Shown: positions 45,304 through 54,093 of the stretch, piece after piece | How positions within the stretch are numbered: the first letter of the stretch is position 1 | How the letters are laid out: each line of letters starts with the position of its first letter | Source: a virus | Lineage: Duplodnaviria > Caudoviricetes | DNA: 64,000 nucleotides | Direction: 5' to 3' (one strand) | IMG/VR virus record: IMGVR_UViG_3300005611_000007 | Span: 1 to 64,000 of that record | Made by a program: the position numbers and the translations under genes | The notes under the pieces: model-generated | The model's input: the letters and a program-made list of their open reading frames with translations, nothing else | The model's database searches: none | What the model was told of the DNA's origin: nothing

Positions 45304-45816
45304 ATGGCAGAGATAGAATTTGCTGGAGTTAAATTCAAGGGTGGCAAGATGGTTGCTGTCGCAATGGCGCTATCCACTTTAATTGGTGGTTTGTACGGCA
45401 CCTTTGAGGTCTATAAAGATTATACGACAATGAAACAAAAGATTACAACATATGTTGCTCCTGATCTTTCTGGCTTCGATAAAAGAGTAGAATTATTGAA
45501 ACAGAAGGTCGAAGAGTCATATGTACTAGTAGGTGAGGCTCAAGAAACCGCGCGAGATATGCGTACCGATCTAAAGAACGATATGAATCAATTATCAGAC
45601 ACGATATACGAACTAGAGAAAAAGAATACTGCTACAGAACGCGAAATCAGAGAACTTATGAGATCTACTGAAAAAGATATGAGAGAGATGATTAACTCTG
45701 CGGATGATAGAATGGATGCATCGCGAAGAAAAGTGGAATCTGATATTCGCGAACTAGAAGATAGGGTAAACAAGACTATAGAAAAAGCCTTGAATAACCC
45801 TCTAAACAAACTATAA
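45304..45816 (+). CDS. N-terminal TM plus long coiled-coil protein
   Basis: MAEIEFAGVKFKGGK, hydrophobic helix, APDLSGFD, heptad-rich body, C-terminal ALNNPL. Confidence 0.7.
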   Translation: MAEIEFAGVKFKGGKMVAVAMALSTLIGGLYGTFEVYKDYTTMKQKITTYVAPDLSGFDKRVELLKQKVEESYVLVGEAQETARDMRTDLKNDMNQLSDTIYELEKKNTATEREIRELMRSTEKDMREMINSADDRMDASRRKVESDIRELEDRVNKTIEKALNNPLNKL

Positions 45817-46806
45817 TTACTTTTCGTGATCTAATAGGGATTTTAATAATCCCTCCCATTCTTGTGCTCGTAGATCCCAGCTATAGAATGTGTTTGTGTA
45901 GAGTTTCTGAAACTGCAATTTTGTTTGCATGTCTTCTTCCCAATATGATTCTATAGCCGCATTTAGAACTTGGTAGAACATATGAGCGTGTTGATTCTTA
46001 TCCTCATCAAATGGATACATAAGAGAAAAGTTAGAAGTAGTTTCTGGAAGTGCCGCTAGAGATGGACAAACTACGCAACAACCAGCACTCATCGCTTCAA
46101 TCGCAGCAATACAAGAAGTTTCTTGCCATGTGCTGGGGTATGCAAAAATATGTGCTTTTTGTAATGCTTCTCTTACTTCTTGATTGGATACAGTTCCATG
46201 GTATGTGATATGTTCATGATCACGACAAATTTGAAATAATTGTTCAAATGGTTCATCTCTCTGTGGCCATCCATAGATATTAAAAGATGAATATACATCT
46301 AGATGAACTCTATCGCCCCATTTTTCAGATAGTTTCTGATAAACAGCTAACAACACATCAAGACCACGGTGTGGTGTAGTGTGATAGATAAGTCTCAATG
46401 GACCTTCTTTTGATTTTTCGTGAGTAGGAATAGGTTCAATAGCGTTTCTAATAACAATAGAATCGCTGTAGGGGACACCTAAAACTTTATGATAAGTTGT
46501 AAATTGCCAGTGGGATACAAAAACAAGTCGTCTGAATCTGCTCCGATTTCCACTATCACTGAGGTGCCTGGATTCAGGGTCTTCCGCCAAATCGTGCAAC
46601 CAGAGAATAGGAAGACGATTAGGATCAATATTCCTAACTCTAGATGGAATAATTTGGAATCTATCTAACAACTCCTTTGATAACTTTGAATATAATGCAT
46701 GTTGCATCATCTCTGTGCCACCCATAGCATTTCTATTCAATTCGTTTGTCTCAATACCAATAGAATTGTTTAACTCGTTTTCATTCATAACTACTTTCAA
46801 CGACAT
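45817..46806 (-). CDS. Glycosyltransferase (GT-B, GT4-like)
   Basis: GGTE, WLHD, FVSHWQ, TPHRGL and YPSTWQETSCIAAIEAMSAG motifs. Confidence 0.88.
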   Translation of the reverse strand: MSLKVVMNENELNNSIGIETNELNRNAMGGTEMMQHALYSKLSKELLDRFQIIPSRVRNIDPNRLPILWLHDLAEDPESRHLSDSGNRSRFRRLVFVSHWQFTTYHKVLGVPYSDSIVIRNAIEPIPTHEKSKEGPLRLIYHTTPHRGLDVLLAVYQKLSEKWGDRVHLDVYSSFNIYGWPQRDEPFEQLFQICRDHEHITYHGTVSNQEVREALQKAHIFAYPSTWQETSCIAAIEAMSAGCCVVCPSLAALPETTSNFSLMYPFDEDKNQHAHMFYQVLNAAIESYWEEDMQTKLQFQKLYTNTFYSWDLRAQEWEGLLKSLLDHEK

Positions 46807-46818
46807 TCTTAAAAACCT

Positions 46819-46980
46819 TTAATCAGTATAATAATCTTTGTTATATGGACAATTTAATCTATGACAATTATCTAATGTAGATGTAATAGCAGGTCTTTGA
46901 CATTCTTCACAGATTTCGTTTTTTCTTGGTACATAAATTTCATCTATAAAATCTGGGTAATCATCTTTTCTATGCGACAT
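46819..46980 (-). CDS. Small Cys-rich (Zn-binding?) protein, 53 aa
   Basis: GGAGG RBS; MSHRKDDY...CEEC...CHRLNCPY. Confidence 0.55.
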   Translation of the reverse strand: MSHRKDDYPDFIDEIYVPRKNEICEECQRPAITSTLDNCHRLNCPYNKDYYTD

Positions 46981-46996
46981 AATATCCTCCATTATG

Positions 46997-47025
46997 ATTA
47001 TAGGGGGAATTTCACCCCCTATAAT
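46997..47025. terminator. Strong hairpin, probable terminator
   Basis: ATTATAGGGGG-aatttca-CCCCCTATAAT; no long U-tract. Confidence 0.65.
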
Positions 47026-47028
47026 ATA

Positions 47029-47421
47029 TTAAAACCTTTTTGAGATTTTAACACCAACTGTTGTTTCTTGATGTTCTAAATTTCTGTCCATGATAACGTC
47101 TGCGTGTGGAGATAGTTGAAACCATTCGGCATCAAGATCCCAAGTAATCTCTGCTTTGTATTCAGATGCATCTTGTGAATCCCAATGTACTAAAGGATAC
47201 AATCCCACGAGAATACCTAAATTAGTAGCTTCCGCTTCTATACCAAATTCAGTCTTAAAATTTGCTGATTCAACAGAATACATATTGTCTGCGCTAATAA
47301 TAAAATCAAGACCAGGAACAAGTTCTGGCGCCTTTGTCGTTGATTCTTCCGCCTTTGCTACCGAAACTGTTGTTAAAAATAACAAAGTAACTACAGGTAG
47401 ATATTTAATATATTTAAACAT
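47029..47421 (-). CDS. Small outer-membrane beta-barrel-like protein
   Basis: Signal peptide ending AKA; alternating beta strands; C-terminal Phe (VGVKISKRF). Confidence 0.55.
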   Translation of the reverse strand: MFKYIKYLPVVTLLFLTTVSVAKAEESTTKAPELVPGLDFIISADNMYSVESANFKTEFGIEAEATNLGILVGLYPLVHWDSQDASEYKAEITWDLDAEWFQLSPHADVIMDRNLEHQETTVGVKISKRF

Positions 47422-47472
47422 AGTTTTACCTTTTTGTTGTTAATAATATCTCCTTCAAAATTATCATATTAT

Positions 47473-47745
47473 TTATACTTCAAATTTCTCCCAATCCGCC
47501 CAACTTTTTAGACTATCCCAACGAAAGGATCGCCAACCCATATTATCTAGGTCATATACAGGGCGTACTTCTGCTGTCTTTAAAACACCTTCGCCTGAAG
47601 GTTGATGTTCTGATGGAATCATATCTTCCTTTAGAGTAGCCTTCATTACACGATATTCACCACTCTTCTTAGTAAACTCAAGACGAACTACACTTGTACG
47701 TAAAGCATGAACCAACAAATCACGATCAAATTCTTGCATTCTCAA
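47473..47745 (-). CDS. SH3/WYL-like beta-barrel protein conserved in T4-like phages
   Basis: FTKKSGEYRVMKATL...VYDLD..GWRSFR.DS. Confidence 0.75.
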   Translation of the reverse strand: MRMQEFDRDLLVHALRTSVVRLEFTKKSGEYRVMKATLKEDMIPSEHQPSGEGVLKTAEVRPVYDLDNMGWRSFRWDSLKSWADWEKFEV

Positions 47746-47996
47746 CTCCCACTATAATGATTATCAATCCAATCACAGAACTCATCATATCCGCCAATAT
47801 GTTTATCGTTAATGAAGATCTGTGGAACAGTTTTTACATCTGGCACTCTATTTTTCAATCCGTTTTTCCAAACCTCGCTTTCAGAAATATTATACTCAAC
47901 ATATTCAGGAAACATTTCCTGTTTACTTAGATAAAGAGTTTTTGCTCTTGTACAATAAGAACATCCATTTTGTGTATATATTTCTAGCTTTGTCAT
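47742..47996 (-). CDS. nrdC: Glutaredoxin
   Basis: CSYC active site; TVPQIF and IGGYDE motifs. Confidence 0.88.
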   Translation of the reverse strand: MTKLEIYTQNGCSYCTRAKTLYLSKQEMFPEYVEYNISESEVWKNGLKNRVPDVKTVPQIFINDKHIGGYDEFCDWIDNHYSGS

Positions 47997-48265
47997 GTCG
48001 TACTAACCGCCATTCGAAACTCTCCCTTTGGATCTCCAAACAAGTCATTAGTGCGAACACGAATATGGCGTTTGTTTGTTTCCTTCGTATTTGGATTAGG
48101 AATCGTAATCCAAGGATTCTCTAAACGTCGCCACGCCTTCATAATATCATCCAATCGGTCCACTCGCGTAATATTACGTCTGACCGACTTTACAGTAGAC
48201 CTGTTAACGTTTGGACGTTCACCATTAGATACGTAATGTTTGCCTGAAGCCTTCTTCTTACCCAA
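47993..48265 (-). CDS. Conserved basic hypothetical protein
   Basis: YVSNGERPNV...AW....NPWITIPNPN..ETNK. Confidence 0.6.
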   Translation of the reverse strand: MGKKKASGKHYVSNGERPNVNRSTVKSVRRNITRVDRLDDIMKAWRRLENPWITIPNPNTKETNKRHIRVRTNDLFGDPKGEFRMAVSTT

Positions 48266-48449
48266 CTCAGTTTCCTTTCATAAATGATTTAGTTGTCGTA
48301 AAATGAGTTCTTTGTTTAGTACTCTTAGTTTCTCTTCCCACTTTGCTGCTTGTTCTCTGTAGTATATATGGGCGTATCTCCATGAAGAGTTTGGAGCTTC
48401 TAACAGACATTTAGCTTGCATTGGTTCAAGCCATTGTACGTCTGTTTCA

Positions 48450-49004
48450 TCATGATTTATAAGAGGGATCGTTCCACCATTGAGGTACGGATCTGTTTGT
48501 CCACTTTGCGAAACTTGCTTTTTCACCGACATAATAACTCCTATAGGCGTCTACGAAATGAGAACTTTTGTATTTATCTGGCATTGCTTGTGGAATGGGT
48601 GTAAACTTGGCTCGTTGAATATTATTTGGTACATGAGACAGTATATCAACAAGTTTCTCTTCTGTCAAATGTTTTTTGTGATATCGATATGTATATTCAC
48701 TACACAAGGCTTCAAAATGACATTGTAACCAAATGTAATTATTGTTACATTCCCGCGCCCATACCGCAGAAGGATGATTGACATGTGATGCTTTGTAGAG
48801 ACTAGATTCTAAATTATGATTAGGATGTCGCCATCGTTTGATAGACCTACCGTTAGCAGTCTTATCGGTATATTGTTCGCCATCTAGAATACGATGTGCT
48901 GTTGATAGAAGTTGTGCAGTTTCCACAATCATCTTGACAACATGTTTATCACACATCATCTGTGCAGATTCTTCTGGACACGTTGATAGAGCAAAAATAT
49001 TCAT
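48450..49004 (-). CDS. Pyrimidine-dimer DNA glycosylase (DenV-like family)
   Basis: MNIFAL...A..MCDKHVVKM..E.AQLLSTAH...HVNHPSAVW...EYTYRY.K.H. Confidence 0.8.
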   Translation of the reverse strand: MNIFALSTCPEESAQMMCDKHVVKMIVETAQLLSTAHRILDGEQYTDKTANGRSIKRWRHPNHNLESSLYKASHVNHPSAVWARECNNNYIWLQCHFEALCSEYTYRYHKKHLTEEKLVDILSHVPNNIQRAKFTPIPQAMPDKYKSSHFVDAYRSYYVGEKASFAKWTNRSVPQWWNDPSYKS

Positions 49005-49192
49005 CGGTATTCACACCATGCATCAATATGGTTATAGGTATACTCTTCAAGATTACGATAGAACTTACCGGGATTGTTCTTGATAGATTCAGCAGCAATA
49101 GCACAATCTCGGTAAGAAGATGTTTCTTGTTCGTATCTAATATCACCGGCAAGACCGCCAAATGAGGTTAGAATGATCAGAAAAACTTTCAT
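49001..49192 (-). CDS. Small exported hypothetical protein
   Basis: AGGAG RBS, hydrophobic N-terminus, two Cys. Confidence 0.5.
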   Translation of the reverse strand: MKVFLIILTSFGGLAGDIRYEQETSSYRDCAIAAESIKNNPGKFYRNLEEYTYNHIDAWCEYR

Positions 49193-49207
49193 TGGTCAAC
49201 TCCTTTA

Positions 49208-49459
49208 CTAATGTAACGTTTTGTTAGTTGTAGTAGGAACATTGAACTTCTTTACATGACGTTTGCTTGCCACGATACCTTCTACTATATCATCAAATCC
49301 GTCTTCTGTCAACATTGTTTTGTATATACTCAATGCTTGAGCCAACAATACACCTGCAACTATAAGACCATTACCATTACAATTATCAATGTGTTTTACT
49401 GTATTATCAAGTACCTCGTCGTATATTTGTTTCAGTAATTTTTCATCAATATCAGTCAT
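49208..49459 (-). CDS. Hypothetical protein
   Basis: Probable start MTDIDEK after GGAG; C-terminal TLH. Confidence 0.55.
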   Translation of the reverse strand: MTDIDEKLLKQIYDEVLDNTVKHIDNCNGNGLIVAGVLLAQALSIYKTMLTEDGFDDIVEGIVASKRHVKKFNVPTTTNKTLH

Positions 49460-50048
49460 ATGATAAACTCCACACCCTTTCATAAATTTCTTTCCAGTTT
49501 TTGACGATTGGATATGAAAGATTCTCTTCATTCATATTGAAACCGTGTTCTACTAGAAGAGGTTTCATACCAACAGCTAGACCATCGTCTGCATTCTCTA
49601 CCTTATCTTCAATCCAGATGTATCCTGAATCTTCGTAGTGTTCTTTAAGATACTTATCTTTTCGAGCACCAGTAGCAAGACAGATGATATTACGAAAAGT
49701 GTTCTCGCCGAAAACCTTCTTAAGATTCCGTTCACGTAGCATTGCAGCATGTTTATCAGTAGAGAGACTGGTTACAACATCAAAGACATATCCATGTTCT
49801 TCATGGAGTCGCTTGACGTACCAAACGGCATCTCGGAGGGCTGGTAGAAAACCAATTGCAGCAGATTGATTGAATTCTGCTATAAAACTCTTACCTTGTT
49901 GTTTTGTGAGACCATATCGAGATCCAATCTCATAATAGAGATCAGACTCTGGACCTTTGAAGAATCCACGTTCATTCATCCAACAATCAAAAGCGTACTC
50001 CCAATTCAGAAGTACACCGTCGCAATCAGCGACAATTATCTTTTCCAT
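49452..50048 (-). CDS. HAD-family phosphatase/5'-nucleotidase (T4 gp30.2-like)
   Basis: DCDGVLLNW and WIEDK..NA..G motifs. Confidence 0.8.
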   Translation of the reverse strand: MEKIIVADCDGVLLNWEYAFDCWMNERGFFKGPESDLYYEIGSRYGLTKQQGKSFIAEFNQSAAIGFLPALRDAVWYVKRLHEEHGYVFDVVTSLSTDKHAAMLRERNLKKVFGENTFRNIICLATGARKDKYLKEHYEDSGYIWIEDKVENADDGLAVGMKPLLVEHGFNMNEENLSYPIVKNWKEIYERVWSLSYD

Positions 50049-50410
50049 TATACTACCTTTATATATTTCCCAAACAGTCGTTTCATAAGACATAGGTCTC
50101 CATAGAAACTGAACTCATTTACATTAATACAAGGATTTGCCAAATATTCGTAAGAACCTTTGAAATCCCAGATTCCAATCTCATACATATCACATTTAAA
50201 CCCCCAAGACTTTACATAACTATTGCCCGGTGCTGCTGGGCGATAATCGATATTAGGTTCTAAACCAAGAATCTCAGTAATCTTTTCAATCGTGATATCA
50301 CGAAGAATACCTGAAACCCCTTGTTTCATCATTTTTAAACCAAGACAATTTAGACTTGATTTGTCTATCGATTTAATCCTCACTACCAAACCTCTTCGAA
50401 TATCGCCCAA
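50048..50410 (-). CDS. Hypothetical protein
   Basis: Packed ORF; start uncertain. Confidence 0.45.
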   Translation of the reverse strand: MGDIRRGLVVRIKSIDKSSLNCLGLKMMKQGVSGILRDITIEKITEILGLEPNIDYRPAAPGNSYVKSWGFKCDMYEIGIWDFKGSYEYLANPCINVNEFSFYGDLCLMKRLFGKYIKVV

Positions 50411-50733
50411 CCGAACGAGGCGACATAGTATTCCTTACCATCTTCAGTGACAACAATATCACCAACACTCACACTGTGCATTGGTGCGAGGCGCGTAATC
50501 GCAGTTTTATCGCCCATACCGTTTCCAATCTTAAACACCTCTTCAAGATCGTATGCATCAATCTTAGCGACAACTTTATAATCATCATACGCGGCTTGAA
50601 TCACTTTCGCAGACTTCGGAAACATTGTAGCGTCAAGATAACGTTTATAGAAATCGGGAATCACATCAGGATTCGTGTTGACCTGATTGATTTGATCGTC
50701 GGTCAAATGGATTTGTTTCACGGTGTATTGCAT
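50383..50733 (-). CDS. YodL-like domain protein, paralog 2
   Basis: YTVKQIHLTD...LEEVFKIGN...MHSVSVGDIV...VASFGW; clearly homologous to 34238-34618. Confidence 0.65.
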   Translation of the reverse strand: MQYTVKQIHLTDDQINQVNTNPDVIPDFYKRYLDATMFPKSAKVIQAAYDDYKVVAKIDAYDLEEVFKIGNGMGDKTAITRLAPMHSVSVGDIVVTEDGKEYYVASFGWAIFEEVW

Positions 50734-50767
50734 TTCAAAAACCCTCTTTGTCTCACTCACTTTAATC

Positions 50768-50796
50768 ATTATAGTACCATGCTGATTAAATGTCAA
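50768..50796 (-). promoter_or_regulatory. Sigma70-type early promoter, class B leader
   Basis: TTGACA-17-TATAAT, then gattaaAGTGAGTGAGACA. Confidence 0.85.
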
Positions 50797-51761
50797 CAGA
50801 AATTTTTTAATTTTTTAAAACTTTCTGGATTGGTATAATCGTAATGAGTCTCATACCAAGTGTGAATGAATTTATTGTATCTTTCAAAATTAATCCAATC
50901 AGTGTTATAAGCATTAGATAAAGAATCACGATATTCTTTAGGATATATCTTCCATGTGACGGTATCATAATCTGCCCTACCAAATGTGACAACTTTCTTG
51001 CCGGCTAAGATAGATTCTAACCCCACACCACTGTTTACAGTCACAACCATCTCACTATTTTTTATCAAATCAAAGATGTTGAAATTATCTACCCAAACGC
51101 AATTATAACGATTAGCAACTTTTTTTATAGATTCCATAGAACCTGGATTGACAGGATGACCTTTGATAACAACCTTCTTAGCAGTTGTTGAAGCCCAATC
51201 TAGGGTCATCTCCAAAGCTTCTTCTACTTTCACGTCACTATGATATATGATAGTCTCATCGTGTGGTATCTGACAAGGAAAAAACACATATGGTTTGAAA
51301 GATAAAGCTGTATCGTTTGAACTAGGTTGATCAAACTTTGTCTCACCAGAATCAACTCTATCAAATAGATGGTGTCTTTCAGTATTCTTACTAAGATTTT
51401 CCATAGGATAAGATGAAGCAGTAGCGCACCAACCTTTACTATCAATAGAAAAGATATGTGGTATAACCATCTGCATATAATATCTAACACGATTATCTAA
51501 CCACCAAGTTTGTTCCATCTTGTGTGGTATATAATAAACATCAGCGTCTTTGCTGTGTTCTTTTACAAATTCAGTCGTAATCTGCCACAAAGGAACTTCA
51601 ATGACTCTTACGTCGTCTTTTAAAACGTCATGAGCATTATATAGTTGTTCAATAAACTTTATCCAATGGACTCGTATTGGAGCGATTGGTCCTCTTTGTT
51701 CTGGAACAGGGCCTTCTTTAAACATAACGTCTAGTCTAGGCATGTATATATCAACTTGCAC
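50793..51761 (-). CDS. Capsule polysaccharide synthesis protein (KpsS/KpsC-like)
   Basis: FFPCQIPHD, IKGHP and VTVNSGVGLESIL.GK.V..FG...Y motifs. Confidence 0.75.
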   Translation of the reverse strand: MQVDIYMPRLDVMFKEGPVPEQRGPIAPIRVHWIKFIEQLYNAHDVLKDDVRVIEVPLWQITTEFVKEHSKDADVYYIPHKMEQTWWLDNRVRYYMQMVIPHIFSIDSKGWCATASSYPMENLSKNTERHHLFDRVDSGETKFDQPSSNDTALSFKPYVFFPCQIPHDETIIYHSDVKVEEALEMTLDWASTTAKKVVIKGHPVNPGSMESIKKVANRYNCVWVDNFNIFDLIKNSEMVVTVNSGVGLESILAGKKVVTFGRADYDTVTWKIYPKEYRDSLSNAYNTDWINFERYNKFIHTWYETHYDYTNPESFKKLKNFC

Positions 51762-52434
51762 TTTTGCGTTCCTCTAGATAGTTTTTTTGATTTTTTCGAT
51801 TACCTTTGCCAGTCCAGATGATACTGTCTTCATTAAACTCCCAATCAATATACTTAGAGGGCATCTGAACAAACTTCAAGTCTTTTATATTTTGATGAAC
51901 TTTCCACAAAATGACTTGATCCATAAACCAAATACAGCCATGTTTTTTGATATTTTCCATGAGATTATGTGCCACGGTATCAATGAAACTATAACCCGAC
52001 TTTCTCAGATACATAGCACCAGCAGCTACATGGGTTCCTTCATTTTCCCATCCTACTGTTCCTGGTAACGGATCTCTTGTGAAAATTGAATAATCACAAT
52101 TTTTAAAATCGTCCCAATCAATAGGTTTTCTTAGAAATCCATCAATATCAACAATCAACATTTCAGAAACATTGTCTTGTCTAATTATATCAGAAGCAAC
52201 TATAAATCTAGAACAAGCATACATCATGCGATCTTTTGGTTCAATGTCACTAAAACTAAAATGACATCCGATATGCCAATCAAAAGAATTCTGATTCAGA
52301 ATCTCTTGTTTCGTTTCTTCGTCACAAAGAATATGAATCCAAGGTGTTTCGCCATTCTTTATCGCACTCTTAGCAAACGCCTCTCCGTGTTCTTTTAAAT
52401 AGATGGGATCACAACAGGCGAAAACAATTTTCAT
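51751..52434 (-). CDS. Nucleotide-diphospho-sugar transferase-like protein
   Basis: YACSRF, DxD (VDID), AAG, WFMDQ and IWTGKG motifs. Confidence 0.65.
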   Translation of the reverse strand: MKIVFACCDPIYLKEHGEAFAKSAIKNGETPWIHILCDEETKQEILNQNSFDWHIGCHFSFSDIEPKDRMMYACSRFIVASDIIRQDNVSEMLIVDIDGFLRKPIDWDDFKNCDYSIFTRDPLPGTVGWENEGTHVAAGAMYLRKSGYSFIDTVAHNLMENIKKHGCIWFMDQVILWKVHQNIKDLKFVQMPSKYIDWEFNEDSIIWTGKGNRKNQKNYLEERKSAS

Positions 52435-53396
52435 GTTTTACCCATCCAATATTCTATCATCTCTTCTAACATCAACTCAAAAGTATAGTTAGGTTTCCAA
52501 TTTAGTATCTTTCTAGTTTTTTCTGAATCACCACAGAGATATTTCAATTCTTCTGGTCTCATATACTTTGGATTTTGTACTACAAAGTCTTCATAATTTA
52601 AATCTAGTCGGCCAAAGACATATTCACACATTTGTCGGACAGTATAGGATTTACCAGTTGCTACAATCCAATCGTCTGGATCACTATGATTAATAATTTT
52701 GTGCATTGCTCTAACATAATCAGAACTATGACCCCAATCACGACTGCTATCCATATTACCCATCTCAAGTTTATTGAGTTTGTTTTTCTTGATTAGAACA
52801 GCGTTCTTCACAACTTTATTCGTTACAAAGTTTGTTCCACGTCTAGGAGATTCGTGATTGAATAAAATTCCGTTACAAGCAAGCATATTATATCCGTGTC
52901 TATAATGTCTTACAAGATTATAACCAAGAACTTTAGAACAGCCGTATGGACTGACAGGATTCATTGGTGTTGTTAGTCTTTGAAATCCGTCTTCATCTAC
53001 ACTGTTACCAAACATTTCACTAGAAGATGCTTGATAAAACTTTGCTTCTGGACAGAGTTTACTAGTAATCTCTAGCATATTTAAAACACCTAGAGAATTT
53101 GTTTTAATAGTAAAAGAGGGGATGTCAGAAGAAATTCTAACTTGACTCATAGCAGCCAAATTATAGATTTCATCTGGTTTAACTTTATTAATGATATCAT
53201 ATAATGAGTGTACATCTAATAGATCGCCGTAATGAAGACCGGCAATATTATCAGAGAATTTTTCTAATCTTGCACTTTGATTTTCTGCTACACTATGTCT
53301 ACGGACAATACCATGTACTTCGTAATCAAGACTTAAAAGATATTCTGTAAGATAAGAACCATCTTGTCCACTAATACCTGTAATTAACGCTTTCAT
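52431..53396 (-). CDS. gmd: GDP-mannose 4,6-dehydratase
   Basis: ALITGISGQDGSYL, YQASSSEMFG, PVSPYGCSK, ILFNHESPRRG and RDWGH motifs. Confidence 0.95.
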   Translation of the reverse strand: MKALITGISGQDGSYLTEYLLSLDYEVHGIVRRHSVAENQSARLEKFSDNIAGLHYGDLLDVHSLYDIINKVKPDEIYNLAAMSQVRISSDIPSFTIKTNSLGVLNMLEITSKLCPEAKFYQASSSEMFGNSVDEDGFQRLTTPMNPVSPYGCSKVLGYNLVRHYRHGYNMLACNGILFNHESPRRGTNFVTNKVVKNAVLIKKNKLNKLEMGNMDSSRDWGHSSDYVRAMHKIINHSDPDDWIVATGKSYTVRQMCEYVFGRLDLNYEDFVVQNPKYMRPEELKYLCGDSEKTRKILNWKPNYTFELMLEEMIEYWMGKT

Positions 53397-54093
53397 TAAA
53401 AAACCTCGCTTTTGATAAATCAGGATAATTCTTCCAATCACCACTATCGTCATTATATTCAGGAATCTGGTCCATAATAATGATACCACGAGCGGCGTCT
53501 TCTGGTGTCATATAATAATGCCATCCCAAGTATTCAAAGGAATCTTCATCATATTTACCATCTAAATCTCTACCATCGTATCTAATCTTTTTAAGATACT
53601 CGTATTCGTTCTTATTGTCAAGTAAAATCATACCACCTCTACCAATAGGTACTCGTTTCTTTAATTGAAAAGAAACGATATGAAATCCACCCATATACAT
53701 ATCTCTTTGCCAACGAGTAGCTCCATCCCATATCCTATAAGGTTTTAACTGATATATACCTGACCATTCTCTATCTTCTAATTTTACTTTAAATCCAGCA
53801 TGTATTATCTGTTGAGGTACTGAAACATATGTGTGTTTAGGAATAGTAATAGTTGATATATTTTTTCTGTGTCTTTTTATACATTGTAATGCTAGAAAGA
53901 TACCGTGCGAACAGCAGTCTACAGAAACCGCGTACTTTGATCCTGCGTATTTGGCAACTTTTTTTTCAAACATATCTACTACATCGCGTGGATCTTTCCA
54001 ATCGTAACCGAGTTCTCTAATTTGGTCTAGCTCTGGTCTTTGTAAATGTTTAGGTAGTTGTCCTATTGGCCATGCGTTATATTCTACCATCAA
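53371..54093 (-). CDS. DegT/DnrJ/EryC1/StrS sugar aminotransferase (short form)
   Basis: FEKKVAKYAG.KYAVSVD, SFQLKK (PLP Lys), GRGGMI and G..YYM motifs. Confidence 0.8.
   Translation of the reverse strand: MMVEYNAWPIGQLPKHLQRPELDQIRELGYDWKDPRDVVDMFEKKVAKYAGSKYAVSVDCCSHGIFLALQCIKRHRKNISTITIPKHTYVSVPQQIIHAGFKVKLEDREWSGIYQLKPYRIWDGATRWQRDMYMGGFHIVSFQLKKRVPIGRGGMILLDNKNEYEYLKKIRYDGRDLDGKYDEDSFEYLGWHYYMTPEDAARGIIIMDQIPEYNDDSGDWKNYPDLSKARFFNESVNYRY

Noticed and set aside
48278-48532. 84-aa ORF overlapping the glycosylase
   Set aside because: It overlaps by 83 nt and has no recognisable motif; a shorter gene from about 48421 is possible but unsupported.
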